The position numbers were made by a program, and so were the translations under genes. Source: Basidiobolus meristosporus CBS 931.73 (Eukaryota; Fungi; Basidiobolomycota). Taken from it: a stretch of DNA of 64,000 nucleotides. Under the pieces are notes generated by a model. It worked only from the letters and a program-made list of their open reading frames with translations, was not told the DNA's origin and did not search any database. The DNA is taken from contig MCFE01000403.1 in NCBI GenBank assembly GCA_002104905.1, forward strand, positions 17,073-81,072, given 5' to 3'. Numbering within the stretch: position 1 is the first letter of the stretch; every line of letters starts with the position of its first letter. Below, piece after piece: positions 12,889-26,500 of this stretch.

Positions 12889-14339
12889 CATGTTGCACAA
12901 CTCAACTTAGTGCATTAATCTGTGTGGCCTAGCTTATTACCAAAGTACTTGGAGGACCAAGCCATTCCTCACATGGTGTATGAACAGATCAAGAAGATAA
13001 TCTGAGATGAAGCCGGCAAATTTGTAGCAAAGGATGAAACACTTTACCAAATTGTTGATAGAAGCTCCCTTGCCTATTGCCCTTATATTGCTTGCCTGGA
13101 TTTAGTACATAAGCTGGGAAATGGATATGGATATCTTGGAATTGAAGAAATCTATAGCCTTGTGAAAGCAAGATATTGAGAAGCTGGTAAAAACATGCCA
13201 AAATTGCTAAATCAAGCAAGGTCAACCACAGAGAATTGCTGTGCTCTTTCCCCTGGAGCCTGTAAGAGCATTTCAGATATGGGGAATTGACTTTACCAGA
13301 AGGCTGCCACCCACCAGGAGATGCAACTGTTGGATCCTGGTAGTATTTGACCACACCACTAAGTGGCTAGTGGCTAATGCTGTACCTGTAGCCAGTGAAC
13401 AGGAGTTGCAAGTTTCATTTATCAAGAGATCCTTATGAAGTTTAGAAGCCCTGCAAAAGTTTTATCTGATAGAGGAACAAACTTTATGGCAAAGACATTG
13501 GAAACATACCTAAAATGCAACCAATCAAACACCTGAGAACCATAGCATATCACCTTAGTACTAATGGAGTCACTGAGCCATTTGATGGATTGTTTGTTAA
13601 AGGCTGACCAAGTATGTAAATGGAGCTGTGAGTAGATGAAGTGAGCTTATAGACCAAGCACTTTCTGCCTGCAGAGTTGGAGTGCAGAACACCACCCAAC
13701 AATTGTCATTTTACTAGGTGTATGGATGTGAACAAAGGATTCCAGGAGATCTCACACAACTAAATTTAGAGATGCCTTAGGAGATGAACTCAGTCAACCA
13801 AACAGGCACCAGCAGCTGGAACAAGGATGTCAAGAGGTACAGGCCAAGGTATTGCAAAGTGCAGACGAGATTAAGCAGACATTTGATAAGACTTTATCAC
13901 CAGAAGCACTGACAGATGGGAACTTTCTATTGCTCAGAAAGAACACTGGGAAGAAGTCTGGGCCACAAAGGATGGGACCTTTCAGGATCATCAGAAAGTA
14001 TTCATTTGCAACTTACCAACTAGTGGACAAACAAGGTAATATTTGGGAAAATTTAGTACACCCAGACAGACTCAAGCTGGCAAGACTTGCTGACAATATT
14101 GGACCATCAAGAAATTGGTATCACAAGAAAATAGATCCAGGAGAACCCTGCCTGCTTTACTAGTGGAGAATGATATGATCTATTGATTGAATGTTGAAGT
14201 TAAATTAGTTTTTAGCCAAATCAATTAGTTTATGTTTAGCCTACCAGTATATCAGTTTTTTCATCACTCAGTAGTATTAGTCTGTTGGTGAATAAGCTTC
14301 TCCTTATCAAGCAGAGCTATCTGACATGAAGTGTAGGAT

Positions 14340-14927
14340 AATCTGACTCAATGTGCCATTTGCTGGGAGTAGGAATGACAAAGCACTCTGGGTGGAGAAT
14401 CATCCATATTTCTGTAGAGGGGAGAAATTTATGACAGATTTAGCTTACATAGAAGAGAATTGTCAGAAATTAAGTTATATTGTAGCCTGAAGGAAGCCAA
14501 GGAATGGTATGCTCAATAGGAAGCACAAGCACTATACTGAGATATTGAGTCCTTTCAGAGTGAGAATAGAGCATGCACCTGGATATCTCATGATATTCAG
14601 CATATTAGCAGATAGGTACAGAGAGAGGTGATAAACAAAAGAAAAGAGCATAATAGGTAGAATAGTCAAGATATTATTAATGCCTAGTATACTAATGTAA
14701 GAAGGCATGCAATGAGAAATGTGTCTGGAGAAATATATTGAATAAATGAAGCAAGAAAAGTACTGTTCTGGGCAACATTAGTAAGACTGAGTAAATTACC
14801 AGTAACTGAATACTACCACTTGGATCACAGTAAAAGCTCAAGTGCCAGATAGTGCCTTAGAGTTCCAGAATGATTTGGCACTATGAACAAGCTGGCAATA
14901 TGTAACACTATCCAACAGAACAAGTCT
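14340..14927 (+). mobile_element. Duplicated right end of the PHIS element (transposase 3' part plus TIR)
   Basis: Homologous to ~7310-7894. Ends GAACAAGTCT followed by AAT and the same host sequence as at 7895. Confidence 0.8.
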
Positions 14928-17000
14928 AATGCTCAGGCAGATGAAAATGCAGGCTCAGTACTTTGGCTGAAGACCAGCAAGTGGCCATCATAACAAAACC
15001 ACCACCATATTTGCAAGTGTACCATCAGCTAATACCAAAGCATCAATGAGTCAATTTGGATCAGTCACTCATAGGATAGATGTTGTGCCTAGAGAAATCT
15101 GGAAGTAGTTCTGAAGCAGGATCAGTGGATAATGCACATAGAGAATTTAATATCCAAGGTAGAGAGCATAATTTCTATTCTACAAAGAAGGAACTCAAGT
15201 AGCACAATGACAAAGCCAAGAATTGAGCTACAGCCCAATGTAAAAGCAGAGGTACAATGTGCATTCTCTGAAATGCTGTTATAATCTACAGCTTGAATGA
15301 TCACGTTAAATTAGTACTTATTCAAATCAATTAGCTTATGTTTAGCCCATCATTATATCAGTGTTATCAATCTATCAGTAGTATTAGTTAGCAGATGAAT
15401 CATTGGATCCTATCAGACAATATTAGATATATCAAGTAGGATCTAATTGGGTGATGATGATGCAATCAAACAAGTCATCAGCCACCACCTACATTGGGAA
15501 ATACAATTAGTCAGCAATTAATCTTGCAAAAGTAATTAAGGAGCTGCTGGAACCCCACTAAAGATCAGTTCAATATTTAGTCAATTTAACAATAGCTAAA
15601 CTCCCCAATTCCCTACAACTCTTATATCAATACTTGTAACAATACAACAACAGTGCTCAAGGATAACCTGCTGAAAACTTATCACAGCATGAGGGGGAGA
15701 GACTGTGGTGTTTTTACAATTCCTAGAATTCAAATGACATTGAACTTCTGTGAAGCCATCAAGTCTACTGATGAAAAGTATGTGGATATTCAAGAGGCCA
15801 TAAGAAGTCTTGCCTGCCATCACCTGAAGGCAGTCAAAGTGTGGGACCATTTGGAACTCAAGACTAAGCAGAATGTGCCAAACTTGTTTCAGGAGCATTT
15901 TTCTGAATTCAAACAAGTAAACAGATTTTAAAACAGCTTAGGTACGCTAAGAAAGTAACTCAAGAATAGTAGAAACTGTAATAGGTTGAAGAGCAAGTGT
16001 GTGATGACTGAAAAGCCTTCAGATTCCTCAAGAGCTTAGTACAAGCAGAGCCAAAAGCTCAAAACAAGCATCAAAGAAATGTCAGGTAGCTGTCAGAGTG
16101 CAAAAATGAGACAAGCAGACAGACATGAACGCACCAGGACAACTTTTGTCAAGGAAAATGCATAGTTATACTCAAAAACCACTCACTCAAAACATTAGTG
16201 AAGGACCTGGCAGTAATGAATACCAGCAGATTCCCCAGGAGCTCATCACAACTAGGGATGAAAGCTTGTGACAAGTGGCAAAGAAATGTTAGGTGGCCAG
16301 GAGCATGGCAGTATGCCAAGTAGGCCAAACAGATATGTCAGAGCAGCTTATGTCAAGGACTTAGTATATTTCAATACAAGAAGTACTTAGACAAAATAGC
16401 AATCAAAGACCTGGCAGTGATAAAGGAAAGAATACAGGGAAAGGGCTACCCAAGCCAGAGACAGGCAGGTGTTAGCAAAAAGCTGCAGTTCTAGCCAATT
16501 AGCACCGTAAACCCAGAACAGGCTGAATCCTGTCCTGGCCAAGAAGAATTACTAACAATACAAAGCTGTCCTTTGAAGATTTGGAAGCACAGCTAGTTTA
16601 GTCACATTCCAGTTAGGTAGATGGGTTTGCAGAGAAAGTTAATTTGACTACCATGGCCTCCATTTAGTTCATTGTAGCCAAACAGGAGATCTCACTTACA
16701 GACAAAGCAATAACATCAAGAACTTGAAAGGCTGTGACAATGACTAGAGTGGAATTTTTCAACATTAATATAAACAACAAGACATTGCAGCACTTCTTCA
16801 AGTGCAGAGCCTAAGAAAACTCACTGGAATATTGCAAGGATTTTTTGCAAAGACTGGACTATGAGGTGCTAGACCTTACAGTGCTGGCTGAAATTCAGGA
16901 TATTAGAGAACCAGTAAATCAACAGTGGCATAAGGCTGCAGGTTCCTACCAGAGTCATCAAAAAAGAACATTAAAGCAGAAGTACTTATTGATTGGTAGA
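14928..17000 (+). mobile_element. CACTA-type element second ORF (TnpA-like position), decayed; interrupted by a solo LTR at 15277-15641
   Basis: Homologous to 52838-54470 (for example, ORF 15653-15931 versus 53252-53572). Confidence 0.6.
15277..15641 (+). mobile_element. Solo LTR of family C'
   Basis: TGTTATAATC...CTTGTAACA, homologous to 8248-8613. Flanks are ATGC and ATAC (4-bp TSD with one mismatch). Host sequence continues afterwards. Confidence 0.8.
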
Positions 17001-18044
17001 TTTCAAGAGAGTAATTTTTAGAGGGTGAGATTGGGCATAATATAAGTACCAGGTGCAGGGACCTGCATAGGTAAACACAATTTGCATTTAAGTTGCAACT
17101 GAAGATTCAATGTAAATAAATCAATCCAGGTGCATGTAAAAATGTGAATTGGTTGAGTCAGGAAGTAAAGATTGCAAAAAGAGGCAATTATCAATCAATG
17201 TACACAAACATAGGATGTGATTGAGTGTCCCAGATTAGAAAGTGAGAGAGATGCCAGCAACCCAATCAACAGCAACTTACTTAATGTTGCAATGAAAAAA
17301 TTTGGCCAAATTTTATGAAATCTGGAGTTCACTTATTTTCAATAGACTTTGCCCATTGTTCTGATTTGATGAATAACTCCTAGTCACAGGACTTTAATTT
17401 TGTGAAGACCTTTATGGGTAATCATCACAATTACTTTTCATGAGGCATATGCTTGTTTTCCACCACTTTTGCTCTGAATGCCTTTTGAAAGCTACAATTC
17501 TACTAATTAGCATAAAAATACTATCAAGCAATGGATACAAGCAGCTATGTAGGTTAGACAGGGTTTTAGGCTCTGATTTCAATAAGCCAGCCACCAGTTT
17601 TCTGCTCTGATATTTCAAAATTGGCAGTGAACTCAAGTTAGTGGGCATCATGGGCCAGCTGCATACGTTATTGAGCAACTTGCTTGTTAGGAATCTTTAT
17701 GCAATAAGGCAAAACCACAAACATGCATACCTTCATAGTTGCTTTTGTCTCTTAGTTACTTGTTATGTTTGCCATGTACTATATTGGAGAAGCTTGCAAT
17801 TGAACTATACTGAGTATGATACTTTATAGCTTTGCACTACTATTGGGACGCATGAGCCTCTTGAGTCAGAATATTGCTGGATTATTTTCAGACTGTGGTC
17901 AATATTCTCATCCTGTGTTGGAATGTATCTGGCAAACTGAACATGTTTGAGTGATAATATTTTATGATAAGTGTGGCTTGCAACCATAAGCACAAGCTGG
18001 TTTTAGGACAGTCTGTGAGTCATATCTCACTAACATTTTTACAT

Positions 18045-18937
18045 TCTCCAACTTTGTTGGCATCTTAACAAAAGTATATGCTGGGTTCAGCATCTTTTGT
18101 GATGACAATGTACTAAAGCTTCCAAAGTCAAAATAACTGTAAGCTCTACCAGCAGAGACTTGATACTAATGCAGCTGTTGTCAATAGTAACAAATTTGGA
18201 AAAGTATCTATCCCTGTACAAGAACACACTTGGGAGGAATAAAATATAACAAAAGATATCAACTCTGATTATTCTTCACAAGTAGTGCCTCCAAGGTCAG
18301 TTGGCTGTCAGCACAGTTCCCTGAGAGTGTCACATGTTCTGAGATTGGAAGTTCAGGTAGCAGCTGGTAGCAATGATCACACTAATTGACAAGTTGCTAA
18401 ATCAATAAAAGGGATGATAACTTATCATCAAGGGATTACCTCCCTTATATACTTTTCTTGCAGGCTATATGATTATTAATCATGGTCTTATAGAAGGTTG
18501 CAGAGGTCAAATAGAAATCTTAATGGCACCATAATGAGCTGAATATGTTACAAGTAGGTGCTGGAAGGTTCTAAGAGGCACAGCACACCCAACCAATCAG
18601 AAATCAGTATTCTGAGACCTGTGTAACATAGGGATACCATGTATGTTATTAAAATGGTTGGTTGGTTGGGATGGTTGCACATTTTGGTCATGTGTCACAT
18701 CTACGGGCGCAGGTACCTGCTTGATATAGAAGCACTTACATCAAGTAATCTCACATAGAGTGAGGGATTACTTATGCAATAAGGTATGCAGGTGTGATAG
18801 TCAGCCAGCTTATGGGATAGTACTGATCAAGTAAGACAAATTGGATCAAACTGAAATAAGAATAGTAGAAAAATAGGGAAGTAGAAAATGTGGGAATGAG
18901 CACATCTGCCAGCAGGTGTCACGGTGACCCCACTACA
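18045..18937 (-). mobile_element. Older, truncated family A LTR
   Basis: Diverged match to ~10280-11161. The intact end ...CCCCACTACA is followed by GCGC (18938-18941); the other end is missing. Confidence 0.8.
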
Positions 18938-21322
18938 GCGCCCACCTAATTCCTTATAATATGCTCTGCATTTACGGGTGATTGACTGATAATATATTGG
19001 TGTACCTTCTCCTTCAGAGATATCACTCTTCAGGTCTTGCTCTGAATGCTTCAGTGAGCCAGAAGGTATCAATGACCTGCCTTACTCAGCTTGCACTTAG
19101 TATCACATGGATCTAGGTGCCATAATAGTCACTTCATAAAGATGGTAAAATTCTACAGAACTATAATGGTTGATCAATGCCAATTTATGATTTCTCTAAC
19201 ACACTGCCTGTTGTGATCTTGCGACATTTCTGATGATGTCTTTGTGCTTAATTGGTTGTAGGCCAGTCTTCATAACCACAAGATTTGTTATCTCTTAACC
19301 TACAGCATTTGGCTAAAATGTCTTGTGCATGTTATAAGCCCCATGTTATTTGGCAAAGTATTGCCATCATGTTGTCTTCTTGTCAGTATTAATGTGAGCT
19401 TATGTAAGTCTTGTCCATGCAACATTGCATATACATATCTGTCAGTTTCCATGATGACCCACCATAGTTAGCACTATAAATAAGACTTTGAGACTACATA
19501 CACACATATTTATAACACCAAATCCATTCTGTTTTGACCTACTTCCAGCTAAACTTCATATGCTAGATAGTGCCACATATTGACAGCCTGTTTACAGCAC
19601 CATATCAATCTAGAACTCTAATTTCTACCAGAATGCCAGTGATAGGACACAGTTACTAGTAATTTTACTCAATCTTACTTTTATTGCTCAGAACCATGCT
19701 TTTCTTGCTTTATTTACTCTTTGTAATGCTCCAGACACATTACCCTTAGTGAGAATTTTCTTGTCTGAATAGACTGTGCATTTTGAAGTATCTTGACTAT
19801 TTTACCTATTCTACTGTTTTCTCCTATATATGGCTTTCCTTTATATTTGTTGAGATAATTAGGAGTCCACCCAATTATTAATTTATTATGAGCTAGCACT
19901 TTGTTAAAGTGACCTATTTCAGAATGTAAATTTAGAAATTAGTTTGTGAGATATTTGCAAATTATTAGAAATTAGTGAAGTACAGAATTTTAGGGAAATT
20001 TGAAACTTGTCCACATGAGCTGAAACTTGGCACATGTACTCCAGGGGCCTCCTAAATAATGAACAATAGTTACATTCCCATAGTTCTGCCATAAGTATAA
20101 ATACTTTGTTGCAGCACAATGAATCAATAAGTGAAAATCATGTAAATCTTTTAATTCTCCATTTCACTCCCAATATATCTCTGATATTTTAACAATATCT
20201 ACCTGCCTATATGCTCTATATATATGCTTAATTCTCACTCTGAAGTGGTTAAATATCTCATTGTAGAGCTTCTGCTTCCTGCTAAGCAGACCATTCCTTG
20301 GCTTCCTATGAGCTATAATACATTCAAATCTCTGACAATCCTCTACTATATAAGCTAAGGCTGCTGTACTATTCCCCCCTCTACTGAATTCTGGATGATT
20401 CTCTACCCAGAGTACTTTGTCATGCCTAACTCTAGCAAATGGCCCACTTAACCACAAGCTGTTACCCTCCATACCAGACAGTGCTTGAAACTTCACACAG
20501 TATGCCTTGTATTTGCCAGAATAACAGTGCCTCTGCACTCAAGAAGGTTTATTAATAATGACTGGGAAAGTACTCAAAATACTTTGTATATGGACCCTGC
20601 TGCTGAGCACTGTGGGATATTGAAGTAAATTGGAACTTCTGAACCTAGTATTTCAAGCTTCCCCTAAGTCATTTTTACCCATTGCATGGTAGCTCTCCAT
20701 TGCTGTGAGCTAGGAATGAAAGCATCTAAGACTTTTGCAGTCATTAAAAGTGGGATGAAACCTTGTAGGATAATAATTCTTGTAATAGCATTGAATCTTA
20801 AAAAGAGATCTCCTTGAGTGAACTGGGGTTGAAGATTCACAGTGCTTGTTATATATCTCCTCCAATGCATCAAAAGAAGTCCAGTGGTAGTGAAGGGATT
20901 GATGAGAAAAGACCATTCAGATGAGCAAGCCAAATCAGGATTGGTAGGTGATTGCATAGATGTGATTGAGCGGATATGGCACAATCAGTTAAATTTAATT
21001 TACTTTTCTTGCATTGTGTAAGATCTCCATCAATTGCCATGCATATCATTGTTATGTTGCAAATTTAATCCTCAAATAATGACTTTGTGATTCTACTAAT
21101 AATATGCTTACAAGTCTGTTATCATATAGGAAATCTGCAATCAAAGTGATCTGACCCCTATTGATATCATCCAAGATGCATCATGCATGGAATGTGGAAA
21201 GTTCAGCAATCACATTGGTTTTAGTATGTGTCTCAAATAAGATCAGGTTGATGCCAATATTACTGCATAAGTATCCTAGTCTGCCATTAAGGTTCATATA
21301 CTGAGTCTCAACCCACTTGTAG

Positions 21323-22498
21323 TGTTATGATCTGCGGCTGTGGTGGTGTAAAGGTACTCCTGGGAGAAGCTACACAACTCAAGGTGTGTGAGGTGTCTGA
21401 TGGGTGCGATAACCTCTGTGTCTAAACTGCTGGTGTCTTTGTCAATATGTCACTATGGTAAAAGCTCCTGCTTCTCTAGCTTCCTAGGTGCTCCAAGTGT
21501 CTCCAAAGGCCTCTGTGTGTCTTGTGCACTACCCCAAAAAGCTCCTTGATGGCAGGTCTGAGATGTACTGTTGAAGGCAGGTGCAGTGATCAACTGCTAA
21601 TCAATAAGGTAGAAGTGTTACTGATAGAAGGGATGATTTATTGATGAGGGATTGCTTTCCCTTAAATACTTTTCCTGATTGCCAAGTGATTACTAATGAC
21701 AAGGTTCTAGAAGATTCTAGGTATCAGTGGAATTCTAGATGACATCAGTATGAGCTAAAAATATGCCAAGAATGTCCTGGAAGGTTCTAAAAGGCACAGC
21801 ACTCTCAACCAATGAGGAATCAGCAGTCTGAAACCTGTGCAACATAGAAATACCATATATGGTATTGAAATGGTAGGGATGGTAACACAAACCTAGGTCA
21901 TGTGTCATGGGTACTGACGCGGGTACTTGCCTTATATAGATACATATACTGGTCACAAAACTGAATAACATCTGGGATAACTAATGCTAATAACTAATCA
22001 GGGTAAACATCATATGGGGATAATACTGATAATATGGGCAAAAGAAGAATGGGATAATACTGATAAGATAAAATATGGATAAGTATATCATAATGACTAT
22101 ATGAGTAAACTTGTCTGTGGGAGGTATGTTTACCCTACCACACCGCTTAAATGTTTAAGTTAGATCAGTTTTTAGTCAGATCAGTTACTATATGCTTAGG
22201 TTATCAGTATATCAGTATTATCTATGAAATCAGTAGCATTAGTCAGTAAATGAATCAGCAGATCCTTATCAGACAGAAATAGATATATTAAGTAGGATCT
22301 AATTGGGTGATGATGATGCAATCAAATGAGTCATCAGCCACAACCTACATTAGGAAATACAATTAGTCAGCAATTGATCTGGCAAACTGTATATAAGGAG
22401 CTGCTGGAACCTCAATAAAAATCAGTTCAAGTTTTAGTGAATACAATACTAGCTAAACTCCCTATTCCTCTACAACTCTTATACCAAGACTTGTAACA
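21323..22498 (+). mobile_element. Solo LTR of Gypsy family C, split by LTR-B
   Basis: TGTTATGATC...GACTTGTAACA with 4-bp TSD GTAG (21319-21322, 22499-22502). Confidence 0.88.
21339..22142 (-). mobile_element. Solo LTR, variant B of the family A LTR (804 bp)
   Basis: TG...CA ends. Shares a central segment with LTR-A but has different flanking segments. Flanks are CGGC and CCGC (one mismatch) at nt 13-16 of LTR-C. Confidence 0.85.
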
Positions 22499-23593
22499 GT
22501 AGTACAACCCAGACAAAGCCAATTATGTGGCCCACAAGTTCAGTCCAAACCAGAAAAGCTAATGTAAGATCTGTTGAGGTTGTGGCCAAATGATCTTAGT
22601 ATGGGGATTAGATAAGGAAGCTGTGCAAGAACAATACTGCATCAATATGCATAGTATGAGCCATACACATTTATTTGGACACAACTTTGGGAACCAAAGC
22701 AATTCTGAATGAGATCTTGCCTCAAATGACTATTGCAAAGTATGATATATTAGTAAAGCTAAGTGGCCTCTAAGAGCAGTATACACAGGACTCATCCAGG
22801 CAACAGTCCTAAAGTATCAGCCAGAGAATAAGTGAATACCTTGAGGAATCAGAAGGTGACCTTCAAGAGGGAGAATGCCCACCACAAGCAACTGTGTCTA
22901 GATTGCTCCAGCTTGCCTTGCTTTATTCCTTACTATCCCTTGCAATGCCAGTGCGCCAGCACATGTTAGTCCAATCTATGCCAGAACCTTTCACATGAGT
23001 GCCCCAATATTGAGCCAATGCATTTCATATCAATGTTTTCTCTTAAGAGCAAGATTACCAGAACTTGCCAATTGGCTAAATTAGACACAGGTCTAATGCA
23101 GTGGGCTATGTTGGCATGTAACATCATATCAAACTTAGCTAAGGGACATGCCAGTGAATCAAAGTTGCACCTGTGTATGCTGTGACATCTGACAACCAGC
23201 AAGCTACTTCTGGTGAACTAACTGACAATGGCCCATATGAAATGCCTCCACTACCATTGTCTTTGGCAAGTAGACAAACATGCCAGTATGTGGTACTTGT
23301 GGCTAGTTGTGTTACTTCATCCAGAGCAATTTAGCATGGCCAAGCTGCAGCATTGCACTCATCACCTAGGATGAAGGATACAAACTAAAAGTACCTATGT
23401 TGCCAGGATTATAGTCATTAAGGAAATAATTTAGGTGTGCAAAGTGATTCACTACCAGATGCTTCAGTAGTGATCCCTCTAATGAAATCAAAGGAGAAGA
23501 TGATTTAATTGCATTGTATTCTAACCATTAGACATGATCCAACCAACTCATTTTTGCAATCCAAATCAAGCCATTGCAAATCAGTGACCATTC

Positions 23594-26500
23594 TGTTGCA
23601 ATTTAAGAAGCAATTTGGATATAAGGAACTTATCAAGAAATAGTGATAATAGTTGAACTGTTGTTTATTAATAAAGAAGCTCAGTATTTATACCTTTGTA
23701 GAAGTAATACAGCTTTAACACTAAGTAAGGAGGGTTTCTCAATATTCAGGAGCATTCTGTAACAGTTTCAGGGCTAGTACATAATACTTAGTATTAGTGC
23801 TAATTTGATCCTGACTACAGGGGAATAATCATAAGATCATAGATCTGAAGAAAGTGGCAAAGTTAGAGCTGTAAACTAGTCCCACAGTGACCAAGACTAG
23901 TCCAGAATTGTTAAGTAAATTTTTAGCTACAAAATTATACCAAATAGTCCAATATTTCAACACTCTCCCTCAACTAAATAGTTCCTTAATCCAAATTCCT
24001 CTCTGAGATTCTCAAATTGTGGCCTAGCTAGTGGTTTTGTCAATATATCTGCCACCAATTTGTTAGTTGGGCAGTACAATAACTCTACCAAGTTATTTCC
24101 TACAGCTTCCCTCACAAACTGATGCTGTCTATCAATGTGCTTAGTTCTGGCATGATTAGTGGGATTTCTAGCTAATGAAATACAACTCTGATTATCCTTG
24201 TAAATACATGTTGGCTCATCTGATTAAAAACCTAAGTCTTTGAAAAGTTTTTGTTGCCATATAGCCTCCTAAGTTGCTTGACATGCAGCCATATATTTGG
24301 CTTCAGTTGTAGATAGGGCCACAGTTGGTTGTTTTTTGCAATTCCAAGTAATAGCTGCACCAGCACAAAGAAATACATAGCCTGTGGTGGAGTGTCTGTC
24401 AATCGGATCCCTACCCCAATCTAAATCACTATAACCATCAAATATTTGCGTATTAGCTGCTCCAGAGTATTCCAGTATCATATTTATGGTGCCTTGTAGA
24501 TATCTGAAAATCCACTTAACTGCTGCAATTTGATCTGATCCATAATTCTGCATGAATTGACTGACTATTCCAGCTGCCACTACAATATCTGGAAGTGTTG
24601 ACACCATCAAGTATATTAGGCTACCAACCATTGATTGATAGGGAAAGTTTTAGTCCATATTTGAGCTGTTTTGATCTATAACTGGCTGAGATTTGCTTAA
24701 TTTCAGGTTATTGTCCATAGGGGTAGCTGCAAGTTTGCAATTTTCCATTTTGAAGCATCTAAGAATGCCCCTGACGTACTTAGACTGATTCAGCACAAAT
24801 TTATGTATAGGTATGTCAAATTTAACCTCAATTCCAAGAAATTAGCTCAATTTTCCAAGATCTTTCATCTCAAACTTGCTGAAGAGATCTGATTTTGCCT
24901 GTATAAGTGCCTCTTGGTCACTTGAAGCTACAATTAGGCTGTCCACCTAAAGAACTAGGATGATCACACCCTTTTTGAGCTGTTTCACACATATACTGTG
25001 ATCTGCAGTTCTACAAGAGAACCCAATTTTTTCTAGATATGTGTCAATCTTGTTATACCATGCTCTAGGTGCCTGCTTAAGCACATACAACAATTTTCTA
25101 AGTTTGCACACCTTATGGGGTACTTTTGGATTGGTAAAGCCTTCTGGTTGCTCAATATGTATAGTTTCTTGCATATCCTCATTTAGAAAGGCTGTTTTCA
25201 TGTCCATTTGGTGTAGATCTAGACTGTGTACAGCTGCCAGGGTTAGAACTGTCCTAATGGAGTTAAACTTGGCAACCAGAGCAAATGTTTCCGTAAAGTC
25301 TAGTCCCTGGATCTGGGAATAGCCTTTAGCCACCAATCTAGCCTTGTACTTAACAACGGTACCATTTGAGGTTATATTGATCTTGTAGACCCATTTACTT
25401 CCTATTGGCTTTCTCCCATTTGGTAAATCTACCAGTTCCCACATTTTTGCCTTGATCAGTGATTGGTACTCCTCCTGCATGACTTGTCGCCACTTAGTAG
25501 CATCTGGTCTTTGCATTGCCTGTTTCAGATTCTGAGGTTTCACACATCAGACAAGATAAGCTTCTTCATGATCATTGGATGTCTACCACCAGGATCCAGG
25601 GGCATTTCTTATTCTGGTAGATCTCCTAACTGGGATAATCTGTTTTGATCTGGAACTGGTAGAAGTATCTTCTGTATTTGGCTGGATTTGGTACATATCT
25701 TTTTCATTAGTGTTGATTGCATCATCAGGCAGCTGGCCAATGATTTCTGTGGCATTCTGATCTGAATTCTCCTCAAATGAAACATCCCTGCTCTTGATCA
25801 GCTTCTGAATTTTGCCATTGTACACTCTATACCCTTTAGTATCTTCACAATACACAAGAAAGATCCCTCTCTTACTCTTTGGTTCCAACTTTGAGCATCT
25901 TTTGTCATGGATGTGATAAAAGACATTGCTGCAAAAGATCTTGAGATGCTGGAGATCAGATTTTTGCCTGTATATGTTTCAAAGGGTGTAGAATCACGTA
26001 GTGCTGTTGTTGGGCACCTGCTCTTGATGTGTACAGAGGTAGCAACAAATTCAGCCCAAAACGTGTAGTCCATTCCCTTATCATGTAGCATAGACCTTCC
26101 CATCTCTACTATTGTTCTATTTGCACGTTCTGCTGCTCCATTTTGCTGTGGGGTATGAGGAACTGTGGTCTGCTGAGGTATACCAGTAGACAAGCAGTAT
26201 TTTGTAAACTCCTTTGAGCAGTATTTTCCTCCATTGTCACTTTGTAATACCTTCAATTTACACCCAGTTTTTGTTACTGCCATGTTCTTGAGGTGCTTAA
26301 ACATCTCTAAAGCTTCATCCTTTGTTTTGAGGAAGTACAACCATGTATATCTTGTTTTGTCATCAATAAATGTCATAAAGTATCTCTTGGCTCCAAAGTA
26401 CAGTGTTCTCATGGGGCCACATATGTCTGAATGTACAATAGCCAATATTTTGGTAGTATTGATGCCTTCTGAGCTCTTGAAACATTGCCAAGCTTGTTTG

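Larger units (their letters stand above)
8248..14325 (+). mobile_element. Ty3/Gypsy family C' element: 5' LTR 8248-8613, PBS 8615-8624, gag start, integrase ~12900-14163, PPT, truncated 3' LTR from 14171; centre replaced by nested insertions and a deletion
   Basis: LTR TGCTATGATC...CTTGTAACA, followed by TGGTGGCAGC. Integrase motifs FQIWGIDFTRRLP and GPFRIIRKY. PPT AGTGGAGAA precedes the 3' LTR. Confidence 0.75.

Noticed and set aside
18940-19500. Possible MULE/SWIM zinc-finger remnant on the - strand
   Set aside because: Only a vague C...WGL..H-like pattern across stops and frameshifts; not supportable.
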